Shown here one piece after another: positions 1 to 15,130 of a stretch of DNA of 64,000 nucleotides. The notes under the pieces are model-generated. The model was given only the letters and a program-made list of their open reading frames with translations, was not told the origin of the DNA and made no database searches. The DNA comes from Chrysomallon squamiferum (lineage: Eukaryota > Animalia > Mollusca). Each line of letters begins with the position of its first letter. The stretch's first letter is position 1. Position numbers and translations under genes: made by a program. The DNA lies in contig CM022677.1 in the NCBI GenBank assembly GCA_012295275.1, positions 15,438,001 through 15,502,000 of the forward strand, written 5' to 3'.

Positions 1-2010
1 ATTATTATTATTATGATAATATTAATAACAGTAATATAATAATAAGAATGAATAACAACAATGATAAAGAAATAAAGTTCTCTATAACTTGTTTACTGAT
101 GAATTGCTTAATCACAGATTTACTGTTTTTGTAAAAACAATATTGTTGTCATGATGTAATGTTTTAATACACAGAAAAGGTGAAAATAAATAATAATTAA
201 GGTGACAGCTATTTTCATATAAAATATATTTTGGTACTTTAATAAGTTAGAATTTAAACTGTTTTCACTAAAACAGTAATATCCATTTCAAGATGTTGCA
301 TTTTGATTTTGTCATCTTTCTCAAAGAAATTTTAAAATAATATGTCTGATCAAAGGATATCTTTACTTTCATATAAAATTTATTGGCATACTGAAATAAG
401 TTATGAAATAAAAATTTTTTTTAAGAAAGTTAATTTATTTCTGTACAGCTAATATTTTGTTAACTGTTTATATATTTTAATACAAATATGAGTTTCAATA
501 CATTACAAATAAACTTATTAGTTGTTGATATTTGTCGTTAACTTATAGCATCTGTGCTATCTCAATCCAGCCATGGATGTAAACCAAATAATACAGATCT
601 TTATAATACACACTGTTTTAGTCACCATGACAATATATATATTTCATTTACAGGTTGCCATGGCTATTTTTTATGTATTTTAAATAAAACTCTGTTTTCA
701 GGGAATGTGGGTAGACTGGAGGTTGTACAGTGAAATGTGTGTCAGACTTACCCATTTTTATTTTACTTTTTATTTTATTTTATTTTTTTAAAAATTTGGA
801 ATATGTACCCAAGTAATCAGTGTAATAAAGTAAAAATATTCAAAAAATATTTTTTTTATAATATGACATAATACCCGTCTTTGTACATTCTTTATATTAA
901 GATTTGTTGTTTTTTGGGTGTGTTTTTTTTTTTGCTGTTGTTAAAAAGAAATATCTCCACATTGTATTAAATATTATAAAAAAAAAAAAAAAAAATTATT
1001 TCCATTTTATTTGTTGTTATTTTATATATTTTTAGAATTATATCAAATATTATTTATATTTTTTATTGTTGTTTTTTTATTAGAAAGAAATGTATCAACA
1101 TTGAAATACTAATTTATTATTATTACATTAAGAGAGTTTTATTTCTCCTTTCATCATTGTTGTTATCACACAATGGTTTGAGGATCACATTAAATAATAA
1201 TTAGAATAGCTTCATTTATCTTTTTATTGTTGTATATTTTTAAAATTATCTTAAATATTATTAAAATATTTTTATTTTTTATTGTTGTTTTTGTAGTTAT
1301 TACTGTATCAGATTTTATAATTATATTAAATATTAAAATAGTTTTATTTATTTATTTATTTACTTTTTTAGGTTATTACTTGATCTATTTAGAATTATAT
1401 ATACACATACACACACATATATTATCATGTATCTATCTTATTCCTGTATTCAATATTCTGATCCATTAGTAACCATCCATGTATGATCAATGCATCTCAC
1501 TAGTTACCTACACATCAATGTCTGTATAACTACCTTACAGATCTATTTTTCTGTATGTCTTTCTATCTATAAACACACTTAAATATATGTCTAGAACTGA
1601 AAATATAGAATAAACCATTCTTACACATGCATATATGTTACAGTCAATATGTGAAACTAGTCATTTAGCCTAACACCCAAAACCATCAGGAATTAGGCCT
1701 AATGAGTAAAATGTCAAGGAATTAGACCAAATAACTGAATTTTCCTAGGCATTGTTTGACATCTGCCTGATAGTAATTCAGACAATCAGTCAAGCAGGTT
1801 TAATGCTTTGCAACATCATTAGTGGTTCAATTCAATTCTATATTATTCTAAGCTTTACAGCTTATTGATATACATTGTCAATAATAATAACAAAAAAAAG
1901 GTAAAAAAGAAAACAATTACAAATAGTGACAGTGTGATAAAAAGAGAAAAATCCTTTGGAGAATGTTAATAGAAGACAAATTATGTCTAACCAAAATTTT
2001 CCCAAATTGC

Positions 2011-2095
2011 AATCTCATCTTCAGTTTTGCCACTGTTATACATAATAGACATATTCTTTCTGCTCTCTCAATATTTCTATATCTCCCAGTCTTAT
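2011..2095 (-). mobile_element. LINE ORF2 C-terminal zinc-finger fragment nested in the Ginger element
   Basis: Minus strand reads KTGRYRNIERAERICLLC(frameshift)NSGKTEDEI, matching the 'ETGRY....ER.C..C....EDE.H' end of invertebrate non-LTR reverse transcriptases. Confidence 0.65.
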
Positions 2096-2248
2096 TTGCG
2101 GTCTTCTTTAGAGTACATGTTGCTTTATTTTGTTATTCTTACATCAAAGATCAATGATTTTAATTGGGTTCAACATTCAAATGGGTTCAATGCTTTCTTA
2201 CATCTGTTCATTGTATTGATTAGTGGTTGAGTTATTTTTACATCAAAT

Positions 2249-2443
2249 ACCAGTTATATGGTAGGGATTAGAGGCAGTGTTATTGTTACATCAAAGACCA
2301 GTTATATGGTAGGGATTAGAAGTACTGTTATTGTTACATCAAATACCAGTTATATGGTAGGGATTAGAGGTAGTGTTATTGTTACGTCAAATACCAGTTA
2401 TATGGTAGGGATTAGAGGTAGTGTTATTGTTACATCAAAGACC
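2249..2443. repeat. 48-bp tandem repeat, ~4 copies
   Basis: Unit accagttatatggtagggattagaggtagtgttattgttacatcaaat; the first two copies start at 2249 and 2297. Confidence 0.95.
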
Positions 2444-2712
2444 ACAAGTTTTTTCAATTCAGGAAGAACTCGAGCTACAGAGCAGGCACCAAGCAATCAT
2501 CCACTTTAGCAACTGCCTTGACTGTTACCAGTTGCCACCAAACACCAGTTATTGACCAGGGCTTAGAAAACCAATCTTGACCATTGCCACCCAAAACCAA
2601 GTTATATGGTGCCACCCAAAACCAAGTGTTATTTACCACCAAAAACCAAAGTTTTTTCCATTCAAAGAACTCGAGCTACACCAAGCAACCATCCACTTTA
2701 GCAACTGCCTTG

Positions 2713-2965
2713 ACTGACCAGTTGCCACCGAACACCAATCTTGACCAGTTACCACCCAAAACCAATCTTGACCAGTTACCACCCAAAACCAAGCTTGACC
2801 AGCTGCCACCCAAAACCAAGCTTGACCAGCTGCCACCCAAAACCAAGCTTGACCAGCTGCCACCCAAAACCAAGCTTGACCAGTTACCACCCAAAACCAA
2901 GCTTGACCAGCTGCCACCCAAAACCAAGCTTGACCAGCAGCCACCCAACTCAGAACCTGACCAGC
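2713..2965. repeat. 27-bp tandem repeat, ~9 copies (reads LDQLPPKTK)
   Basis: Unit cttgaccagctgccacccaaaaccaag. It is preceded by a duplicated ~75-bp block (~2447-2525 and ~2650-2717). Confidence 0.95.
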
Positions 2966-2974
2966 TGCTGGCCA

Positions 2975-3175
2975 GTGCCAGGAGCCAGTTTGATGTGTGT
3001 CCCCAGAGACTGCTATTGTCTCATGATGTCTCTTAGAGCAGGGCTGTCAACAGAGACCACTGCAGGAGGACAAGAGTTTGTTAAATGCAACTGTGAAGTG
3101 AAAAAAAGTGTCAAACAAAATGTTTCAAGAACAATTCAAAATGTTACTCAAGTTTGAACTGCTGTAATAAACAGA
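2975..3175 (+). pseudogene. Frameshifted C-terminal remnant of a Ginger/KRBA2-like integrase
   Basis: Three frames give ARSQFDVCPQRLLLSHDVS / SLRAGLSTETTAGGQEFVKCNC / SEKKCQTKCFKNNSKCYSSLNCCNK. This fits the 'RSQF.VC...SLR...GGQGF.KCNC...C...KCFK...KC...C.NK' tail I recall for this integrase family. Confidence 0.75.
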
Positions 3176-3449
3176 ACACTATTTGTGATTTGTTTCAAAA
3201 TAGATGTTTTCATGGAATTGGAAATCATTCTTTTTCGTTCAGTGATTTTGCCTAATGACTAAAGGACTATTTCAGTCATTTGGCCTAATTCCTATAAATT
3301 TTACTCATTAGGACAAAATCCTGATTGTCTTCGGTTGTATGCTAAACATTTCAACCATTCGGGCAAGTGACTAGTTTGACATATTGACATATGTAACATA
3401 TATACATTAAATTCACAGCCACTCTTCAAAAAACTCACAAGCACATTTT

Positions 3450-3499
<50 letters not shown>

Positions 3500-4504
3500 C
3501 ACACACATTTCCCTTCACATACACACAACATACCCATTCTCTCTGTAACAAAACATATAATCAACTTACACACCTATATAGAACACCTATTTCCACTTAC
3601 CATAGATATAAGTTTCTCTATTTTTATTTTATCTATATGCTGACATTCTGATCCACAAAAATAACCATCTATGATTCATCTGTCCATCTCCCTGGCTACC
3701 TCCTTGCATAACTATCTGTTGCCTCTGTCTTTCTGTATGTCTGTCCATTTATAACACAAGCACACTCTCATTCATACATTAGCACATTAAACACATGTCC
3801 TATATAGATGTGGTTACACATTAAACCACATGAACCCTTCTATCTTCCATATAGTATGTTGGTTCTACCACACCTACCTATCTACCTATCCACCACTCTG
3901 CATCTCTTTGTATCTATATATCAACCTGTTGAGTAACTATATACACACACACACCTGTCTACCTATCCACCACTGTCTAAACTGTCTAACATCACACACC
4001 TATCTACCTATCTCCACCACACATCTCTTTGTATCTATATATCAACCTGTTGAGTACCTCACACACACACCTCTATCATCTACCACATACCTTTCTATCC
4101 ATCTGCATCTCATCTGTTACTGGATATTTTAAAATTTGTCTATCCATCTTATCTGTTACTGGATAAAAATTTAAAAAATTAAAAACCCACATGTTCATCA
4201 CTTAAATTTTCAATAAGCTTCATTTTAACATACCTCTCACATTTAATTATCTGGTATTCATTTACCTTCACCCTAATATATTTATTTAAAAAGGGCACTT
4301 ACCTGGAAACCCATCCATATTTCTTCATGTCTACTGGGCTACTTGTTTACAGTAATAGAAAAAAAAAAATATATATTAATGATCATGTCTCATTATGCAC
4401 TGAGCTCTTTATAAAGTTAAAAACTGAAATTTAATGTGCTGCTTCCAAAAACTTTAAAAAAGAAGCAAGAACAATATAAAAATAATAATAATAACAATAA
4501 TAAA

Positions 4505-4535
<31 letters not shown>

Positions 4536-4634
4536 TACAAAATTCAATACATATCACTGTGAAAAATGAATATTTTACTTAATTTACTGTTTCACTGTTG
4601 ATTATTAAATATGGGTTTATTTGATATTTTTCAT

Positions 4635-5000
4635 GTGTTTAAGTGGAAAATTCTTCTTATAGCACCATACATTTTTTAAAAATGTTTCATTGTTTTTGTG
4701 AAACAAAATCAATATTTATATATTTTCTGTTATTGATAATGAAAAATGCATAGATTGTTCAGTGTTAATAATAAATAAATAAATAAATAAATAACAAAAT
4801 ATATATTTTTTAAATTCTTATTTAGTATAATTCCTTATAGCAGCATACACTTTTAAAAAATAAATTTTCATTGTTTTAGTGAAACAAAATCAATATTTAT
4901 ATATTTTCTATTACTGATAATGAAAAATGTTAATAATAAATAAATAATTAACAAAACAATACATTATTTTTGTTTTTAAAATTCTTATTTAGTATAATTT
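4635..5000. repeat. Direct duplication of ~170 bp AT-rich sequence
   Basis: cttatagca..atac...tttcattgtttt.gtgaaacaaaatcaatatttatatattttc...gataatgaaaaatg occurs at ~4655 and ~4832. Confidence 0.8.
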
Positions 5001-5714
5001 CTATTGTTTAAGAAAATGAAAACTGATATAAACATTACAATCTAAGACTTGCCTAGTTCCATACCAGAGAGTTCCGAATTGTTACTTTGTTTGATGTCTG
5101 CCTTGATGTCATAAATATTATTAATAAGTGAACATTTCTTATCAGCGAATTCAATATTATCTGTTCTTGTTCAATAGATTAAAATTTTGGTTTTTTTAAA
5201 AGTTTTTTAGCAGACACAAAGCCACGTGCGAGTCTGAAACGAGTCTCGATTACGACATTAGTTTCAGTTCATCCCCCCAAAAAGAAGAATATTGTGAATA
5301 AAATAAAAAACAAAAACAAAGAAAAAAATATAACTATTGAGAGATAATGAGGAAGGGGTCACAGCTACCTATACTGCAGAATTAGAAACACCAATACAAC
5401 GTTTTTCTTTACCACTTTCAGAAGATCATCAGAATTTCACAGATAGTCCAGAGAATCAAGAATTTCAGCTGCCTGACTTTTGTGTTTCTGAAAAACAGAT
5501 TTAAATTATTAAGAATAATAAAACAAATTTCAGTAATAACATGAACATATTTTTAAAACAGTGTTTAATCTGGCAAATGTTGTCCTAGATTCCAGTGGGA
5601 AAATGGATTCTCAAACAGGAAACTAATTTAATCCTAGGACTAAAGTACTTACACAATTAGAAACATTTCCAGTATTGTTTTTCTGCTTTGCAAATTTGAC
5701 ACATTGGACAAATG

Positions 5715-5800
5715 TTTGAAGATGTTGAGAAAATGTGAGATACAGCAAAGACTCTGAGTATTTCAAAGTCCACACTGCAACACTGTGTGACAAAGACTGA
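5715..5800 (+). mobile_element. Possible pogo/Tigger-type HTH_psq transposase relic
   Basis: Reads FEDVEKM*DTAKTLSISKSTLQHCVTK, resembling the pipsqueak HTH pattern 'S.R.AAK.Y.I.KSTL'. No TIRs confirmed. Confidence 0.3.
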
Positions 5801-6060
5801 GTATTTCAAAGTCCACACTGCAACACTGTGTGACAAAGACTGAGTATTTCAAAGTCCACACTGCAACACTGTGTGACAAAGACTGAGTATTTCAAAGTCC
5901 ACACTGCAACACTGTGTGACAAAGACTGAGTATTTCAAAGTCCACACTGCAACACTGTGTGACAAAGATTGAGTATTTCAACACTGACAGTCCATTTCAA
6001 AGTCCACACTGCAACACTGTGTGACAAAGACTGAGTATTTCAAAAACACTGTGACAAAGA
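5754..6060. repeat. 43-bp tandem repeat, ~5 full plus partial copies
   Basis: Unit ctgagtatttcaaagtccacactgcaacactgtgtgacaaaga; the first two copies start at 5754 and 5797. Confidence 0.95.
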
Positions 6061-7305
6061 CAAAACATCTCAACACTGTGTGGATCTCCAATAATCTGGT
6101 TTTTGATGCAGTTACCTAAGTGTGGACAGTGTCAGAAATGTGACACACAACAATGAAATGTACACAGTGATATAACCCATTTAGCTATTCTGGTGGAAAT
6201 CACTACAAAAACTCTGACTATTACTGATCCCTGGCAAAAACTGCAAAGGATCACATGAAATACATGAAATAAATAAATAAATAAATAAATAAATACCCTA
6301 TAGCTGCATTATGACATCTTCATTATGAAAGTTTTTATGTGTCTTATTAATCAAGTTAAAATAAATTTCAGTTCATCTTACGTGTTAAATTTTCTTATTT
6401 CCTGTAAAATATGATTCTCAAACAAGAATAAATAATATTACTCAAAAAGAACTTAGCTTTTTTTTCCACTACTGATGTTGCATGCTTTCTTCTCAAAACA
6501 TCTAGGAACTGTAGGAACTGCTGACACAAATATTCTGACTGGAATCAGTTTCTATGGTTTCTATTAGTATTACTGACGACATTCTCAACATGAGATAAAA
6601 TGTCAGACTCTTTCAAGCTGATAATCACACAGGCAGTGTCTGTAAGTAAAAGAGATTCAAAAAAAAAAAAAGTTACTGATATGGAATTAATTGCATAAAA
6701 TGCTCTTGCTTTTATTATATATGGCAGGCTAACAACTGACATCTCTGAGAATAACTAAAGCTGTTAAAATAATAAATATGATCAGTTACAGTGAATTAAC
6801 CAACAGTTAATTAGAAAAACATTTAATAAAACAACTCAAATCTCTGCAGTGCAAAGAAAATGTAATCACTTCTTTTACCAACATCGCACACCTTAGTGTG
6901 AAATACATATCAGTTAATTTCATCTATCAGTTAATTTCATCTCAGTTTTGTCCTGTACAAAGTCCACTGGTTTGTGTTTGTGTGAGTGGAGGACGTATTG
7001 ACAGGTATCTGTTTCTTTCAGTAATAAAAAACAACAACAATATTAAAATATTTTTGGAAAACAAGTTTATTTCTCATCTGATCAGAGGTGAAAACATCAC
7101 ACGTTCTTATGCAGCTGGAAATGAACAATACACACATAAACCTACATATACTCTTCATCTCTATCATAAATATATACAAAGTGATTTAACGTTTTATAGA
7201 GCAATTACCATAGTCGAAAATATCTGTAACGAAAAATAGATCATATATTAAAACATTTGAAACACAATTAGTCTAGCATCACTGTGCCAAAGTGACAGGT
7301 AGCTG

Positions 7306-7953
<648 letters not shown>

Positions 7954-8448
7954 GGTTATAAATGGACAGGCAAACAGAAAGATAAACATGGATTTTGAAA
8001 GTTGTTATGCATGCAGCAGGCGAGTGAGACAGAGAGACTCAGATGTTGGGAGAGTTTGATACAGATACAAACTTAGACAGACTGACAGATTGTTTGTAGA
8101 CAGATAAATAGAACAGGAACAAACTGATAGATATAGAAATACCGAGACAAGCATATTAAGAGACATAATAGATGAAAGCAACTGTATGATGGTAATGTGG
8201 GGTGTATTTACATATGCATGTGTGTATATGTGTAAGTGTGTATGAAATATATATTTTATAGAGTGAATATGAAATGATGAACATGTCTGATAGGTTGGTT
8301 TGAATATTTGAGCAACAAACTGTGGGAATATGTGTTTATGAGTTAGATAGAAAGAATGTGTTTTTTGTGTGGTTTTCTGTGTGTTTTTGAGAGTGCGTAT
8401 GTGTTGTAGATTCACAGATAGACAGCTGTGATAAAGAAGACTGCGTGG

Positions 8449-8585
8449 AGCTGTGAAATGTGTGAACTGTGTTGTAGATACACAGGTAGACAGCTGTGAA
8501 ATGTGTGAACTGTGTTGTAGATACACAGGTAGACAGCTGTGAAATGTGTGAACTGTGTTGTAGATACACAGGTAGACAGCTGTGA
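8449..8585. repeat. 43-bp tandem repeat, ~3 copies
   Basis: Unit gtagacagctgtgaaatgtgtgaactgtgttgtagatacacag. Confidence 0.9.
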
Positions 8586-9161
8586 CAACGCAGACTGCGT
8601 GGAGCTGTGAACTGTCTTCACTGGAACGACCCGGATGTGCGTCTCATGGCGGCTTCTTCTGTTCCGTGATCAGCGAAAATAAATGAAAATAAAAACACAA
8701 TTGTTTCTTCTTATTGTCATTATTTTTATTATTTTTGGCTTTTTATTATTGTTGTTATTATTGTTGTTATAATTGTTGTTATTGTTAATATTTTTATTTT
8801 ATTATTATTGTTGTTATTATTCGTGTTATTTTATTATTATTATTATGGTTATTGTTATTTTTTATTATCATCATGATCATCATTATTATTATTGGTATTA
8901 TTTTTATTATTATTATTGTTGTTGTTGTTGTTGTTGTTGTTATTATTATTATTATTATTATTAGTTATATTAGTAATAGTAGTAGTATTACTATTATTAT
9001 TTTTATTATAATTTTCTTTCGTTTCCCTTTCACATGATGCACAGAAAATTGACATAAAAAGAGAAAATAAAAAATATACAAAAACAAAAAAAGATTTAAA
9101 AAACAACAAAAATTTAAATATTAAAAAAGAAAAAAGTTTGAAAATAATAATAGTTACTCAT

Positions 9162-9842
9162 AGTGAGTCACTTCCTGACTCACTGTGTGACTGACTCAGT
9201 GACTGTCTTACTGACTCACTGTGTGACTGACTCACTGTGTGACTGACTCACTGTGTGACTGACTTACTATGTGACAGTCTTACTGACTCACTGTGTGACT
9301 CACTGACTCACTGACTCACTGTGTGACTGACTCAGTGACTGTCTTACTGACTCACTGTGTGACTGACTCAGTGACTGTCTTACTGACTCACTGTGACTTA
9401 CTGACTCACTGTGTGACTGACTCACTGTGTGACTGACTCAGTGACTGACTTACTGACTCACTGTGTGACTGACTCACTGTGTGACTGACTCAGTGACTGT
9501 CTTACTGACTCACTGTGTGACTGACTCAGTGACTGTCTTACTGACTGTCTTACTGACTCACTGTGTGACTGACTCAGTGACTGTCTTACTGACTCACTGT
9601 GTGACTTACTGACTCACTGTGTGACTGACTCAGTGACTGTCTTACTGACTCACTGTGTGACTGACTCAGTGACTGTCTTACTGACTCACTGTGTGACTGA
9701 CTCACTGACTGTCTTACTGACTCACTGTGTGACTGACTCACTGTGTGACTGACTCACTATGTGACTGACTTACTGACTCACTGTGTGACTGACTCAGTGA
9801 CTGTCTTACTGACTCACTGTGTGACTGACTCAGTGACTGTCA
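9162..9842. repeat. 36-bp/16-bp compound minisatellite dense in TGACTCA
   Basis: Unit ctgactcactgtgtgactgactcagtgactgtctta with sub-unit ctgactcactgtgtga. It begins ~65 bp 3' of the lectin stop codon. Confidence 0.95.
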
Positions 9843-9907
9843 TACTAATACTAATAAAAAAGAAAAGAAACCTCTGGGAGTTTAGTTATTTTATTTTTTT
9901 TTTTTTA

Positions 9908-12497
<2,590 letters not shown>

Positions 12498-12877
12498 TCT
12501 TCTCGGTTCTTCTTTGAAACGTCAACAGTTTCACACACAAACTTGCATCTAAGAAGAATTGATCCAGGCTCTTATTTTATTTCACAGGAAATGCAAATGT
12601 TCTGTGAAACTGAATAACGAATGCAAAATGTCTTAAAAAGGTGTGAGAAACCCTACAGAAAAAAACATATGTGTATATATATGTATGTATTCTTGAATAT
12701 GCAAAACGAATTTCATAGACGTGTATTTTATTACAGAAATAATTCAAACATTCTGCTTAAAATGAATTATGAATAGAAGACTGCTCGTAGTATGTGCATT
12801 GCATTTTCAACACGAAATTTATAAGCGGTTATATTGTTTTAGTACCGAGTTGAAATGCCAAGTGAAAATGAATAATG

Positions 12878-12908
<31 letters not shown>

Positions 12909-13391
12909 TGTAATGCTTGGTGTAATGTTAAGAAATTAGAAATTTCCAGAGGTCTTTATATTCTAGTGTCTGAAGGTGAATAATATATAAGAAATAAATT
13001 TTTATATGTGATTTACATTATTTTGTAACGTTAAGAATATTTATTATTTTAAAAAACAAATGGTTCTTCTAAACTATGAGATAAGAATTGTTTCTATTTC
13101 ATCATCACGTTATCATCATCATTATCATCTTCTTTTTCTTCATTATCATCTTCTTCTTCTTCATCATTAACTTTTTCTTCATCATCATCATTATTATTAT
13201 CAACATCATCATCTTTGACATCATCATCATCATTATTATTCATACTAGTAGCAATAATACTAACAGTAGTTGTAGCTGTTGCAGCACTAGTAGCTTTAGC
13301 AGTTGTTGTTGTAATATAGTAATATTAATAATAGTAGTAGTAGTAACAGCAGTAGGAGTAGTTGTATAATATTAGTTGTAATAGTGGTAAT

Positions 13392-13431
<40 letters not shown>

Positions 13432-13585
13432 ATGTATATGTAATTATGTATGTGTGAAGTATGTGTGTTGCAGTAAGTGTGTGTGAATGTGTAGCTTTCT
13501 ATTTTATTGTATACATGTGTATATGTGTGTGAGCGTTTCTGTGTGTGTATATGTTTGTATATGTCTTTATGTTTGTTTATATGAC

Positions 13586-13695
13586 CTTATTTTGCCCGAT
13601 CTTGCCAGGTTCTCTTTTTTGCACTTCGTCCCAGATGCCTCCCAGTGAAATGACGTGGATGCCTGCTACTCAGAACTCGTTACACTAACAACTGA
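13586..13695 (-). other. Probable 5' non-coding exon of the lectin gene
   Basis: GC-richer island with an Inr-like TCAGTT at ~13690-13695 and a weak donor AAG|gtcata at 13585. It would splice to the cttcttag acceptor at 12549. TGACGT (13651) and CACGTG (~13848) are nearby. Confidence 0.4.
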
Positions 13696-13862
13696 ACTAA
13701 TTTCTCACATTAAGCAATTCGTGATTTTCAGTTCCAAAACCTGCTCTGCCGTTTATTCATTCGAAACATGGACAGAAAGAAAACTTTTAATATGTTTTTT
13801 CTCAGTGAAACTTGAAGCTGTGACTGGCACATTCGGCCCAGTCAAGACACGTGCCGTTAGTC

Positions 13863-13895
<33 letters not shown>

Positions 13896-14091
13896 TTGTG
13901 TGTGTTTGGTGTGTGTGTGTGTGTGTATACAGATGACATACATATATATATATAGATAGAGATCTATCTACATGATACACGAACACATACATACATACAT
14001 ACATGAATACATACATACATACATACATACATACATACATACATACACAAATACATAATACATACATACTGAAAACGATTGAAAAGCTTAC

Positions 14092-14145
14092 TTGAGTTGC
14101 TAACGTAGAGACAAAGCAGACGGCTGATAAGGTAAACATCTTCAT
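14092..14145 (-). pseudogene. Orphan signal-peptide-like exon (duplicated leader cassette)
   Basis: MKMFTLSAVCFVSTLATQ followed by a strong donor gtaagc. The flanking sequence 14400-14920 is a diverged copy of 12570-13060, which flanks the real signal exon. Confidence 0.5.
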
Positions 14146-14162
14146 GTTTCTCTGCTGTACAG

Positions 14163-14394
14163 CGAAGGATCAAACTGACTGCGCTGTGTGTATCGACACT
14201 GCAAAACACAAACTGTCAGGCGAAGGATCAAACTGACTGCGCTGTGTGTATCGACACTGCAAAACACAAACTGTCAGACGAAGGATCAAACTGACTGCGC
14301 TGTGTGTATCGACACTGCAAAACACAAACTGTCAGACGAAGGATCAAACTGACTGCGCTGTGTGTATCGACACTGCAAAACACAAACTGTCAGA
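14163..14394. repeat. 58-bp tandem repeat x4, each containing a branch point, polypyrimidine tract and AG on the minus strand
   Basis: Copies start at 14163, 14221, 14279, 14337. The minus-strand unit contains ctgacagtttgtgttttgcag and TCAGTT. Confidence 0.93.
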
Positions 14395-14859
14395 CGTTTC
14401 CTTATTTCGTAAAATGAAAATGCAAATACCTCTTCAAAAAAATATGTAATAAATAAAATAAAAATGGAAAAATGAATAATGAATGCCAAAAATATGAATT
14501 TTACAGGTATATCAAAAGCCTAATATTTTTTTTAAATATCTTCAACAAGAATTTGATAGATGTGTATTTTATTTCAGAAATATTTCAAACATCCAGCTTA
14601 AAAGGAATTATGAATAGAAAATGACTCTTAATATATGCACTGCATTTTCTACAAGAAATGGATGAGCGATTATATTATTTGTATATAATTCAGATATCTT
14701 ACTTAACATGAATTATAAAAAGAAAATGGCTGTTAATACGTACACTGCGTTTTCAGTTGAAATGCGAGATGAAAATGATAACAAATAAAAAATAATAATT
14801 TATGTAACGTTAGAAATATTTAGTGATAAAAATATCATTACGTAAGAAAAACGTCTCAA

Positions 14860-15130
14860 TAATACAAGAAGAAACATGTTTAATTTTTATTTCTGTAACT
14901 TTAAGAATATTTAATGATAGAAAATTCATAAGTTTAAATAATAAAAGAAGAAACATAATTTTTATTTCTGTAACTTTAAGAATATTTAATGATAGAAAAT
15001 TCATAAGGTAAAATATTCAATAATACGAGAAGAAACAGGTTTAATTTTTATTTCTGTAACTTTAAGAATATTTAATGATAGAAAATTCATAACGTAAAAT
15101 ATTCAATATTACAAGAAGAAACATATTTAA
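14860..15130. repeat. ~80-90 bp AT-rich tandem repeat, ~3 copies
   Basis: taatttttatttctgtaactttaagaatatttaatgatagaaaattcataa is repeated three times. Confidence 0.88.

Larger units (their letters stand above)
1636..3398 (+). mobile_element. Non-autonomous Ginger-like (Ginger2/TDD, KRBA2/SCAND3-type integrase) DNA transposon
   Basis: Imperfect TIRs of ~100+ bp. Left end: TGTTACagtcaatatgtgaaactagtca...cctaatgagtaaaat...ggaattagaccaaataactgaa (1636-~1740). Right end, reverse-complemented: TGTTACatatgtcaatatgtcaaactagtca...cctaatgagtaaaat...ggaattaggccaaatgactgaa (~3268-3398). TATA flanks both ends (1632-1635, 3399-3402). An internal Cys-rich integrase C-terminal remnant is present. Confidence 0.8.

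Noticed and set aside
4303-4345. Minus-strand micro-exon with strong donor CCAG|gtaagt
   Set aside because: No convincing acceptor, partner exons or recognisable peptide.
8620-8680. GC-rich patch with CCGGATGT and ATGGCGGC as a promoter or start
   Set aside because: The ORF closes after 7 codons; it could equally be a minus-strand UTR exon, and the sequence alone cannot decide.
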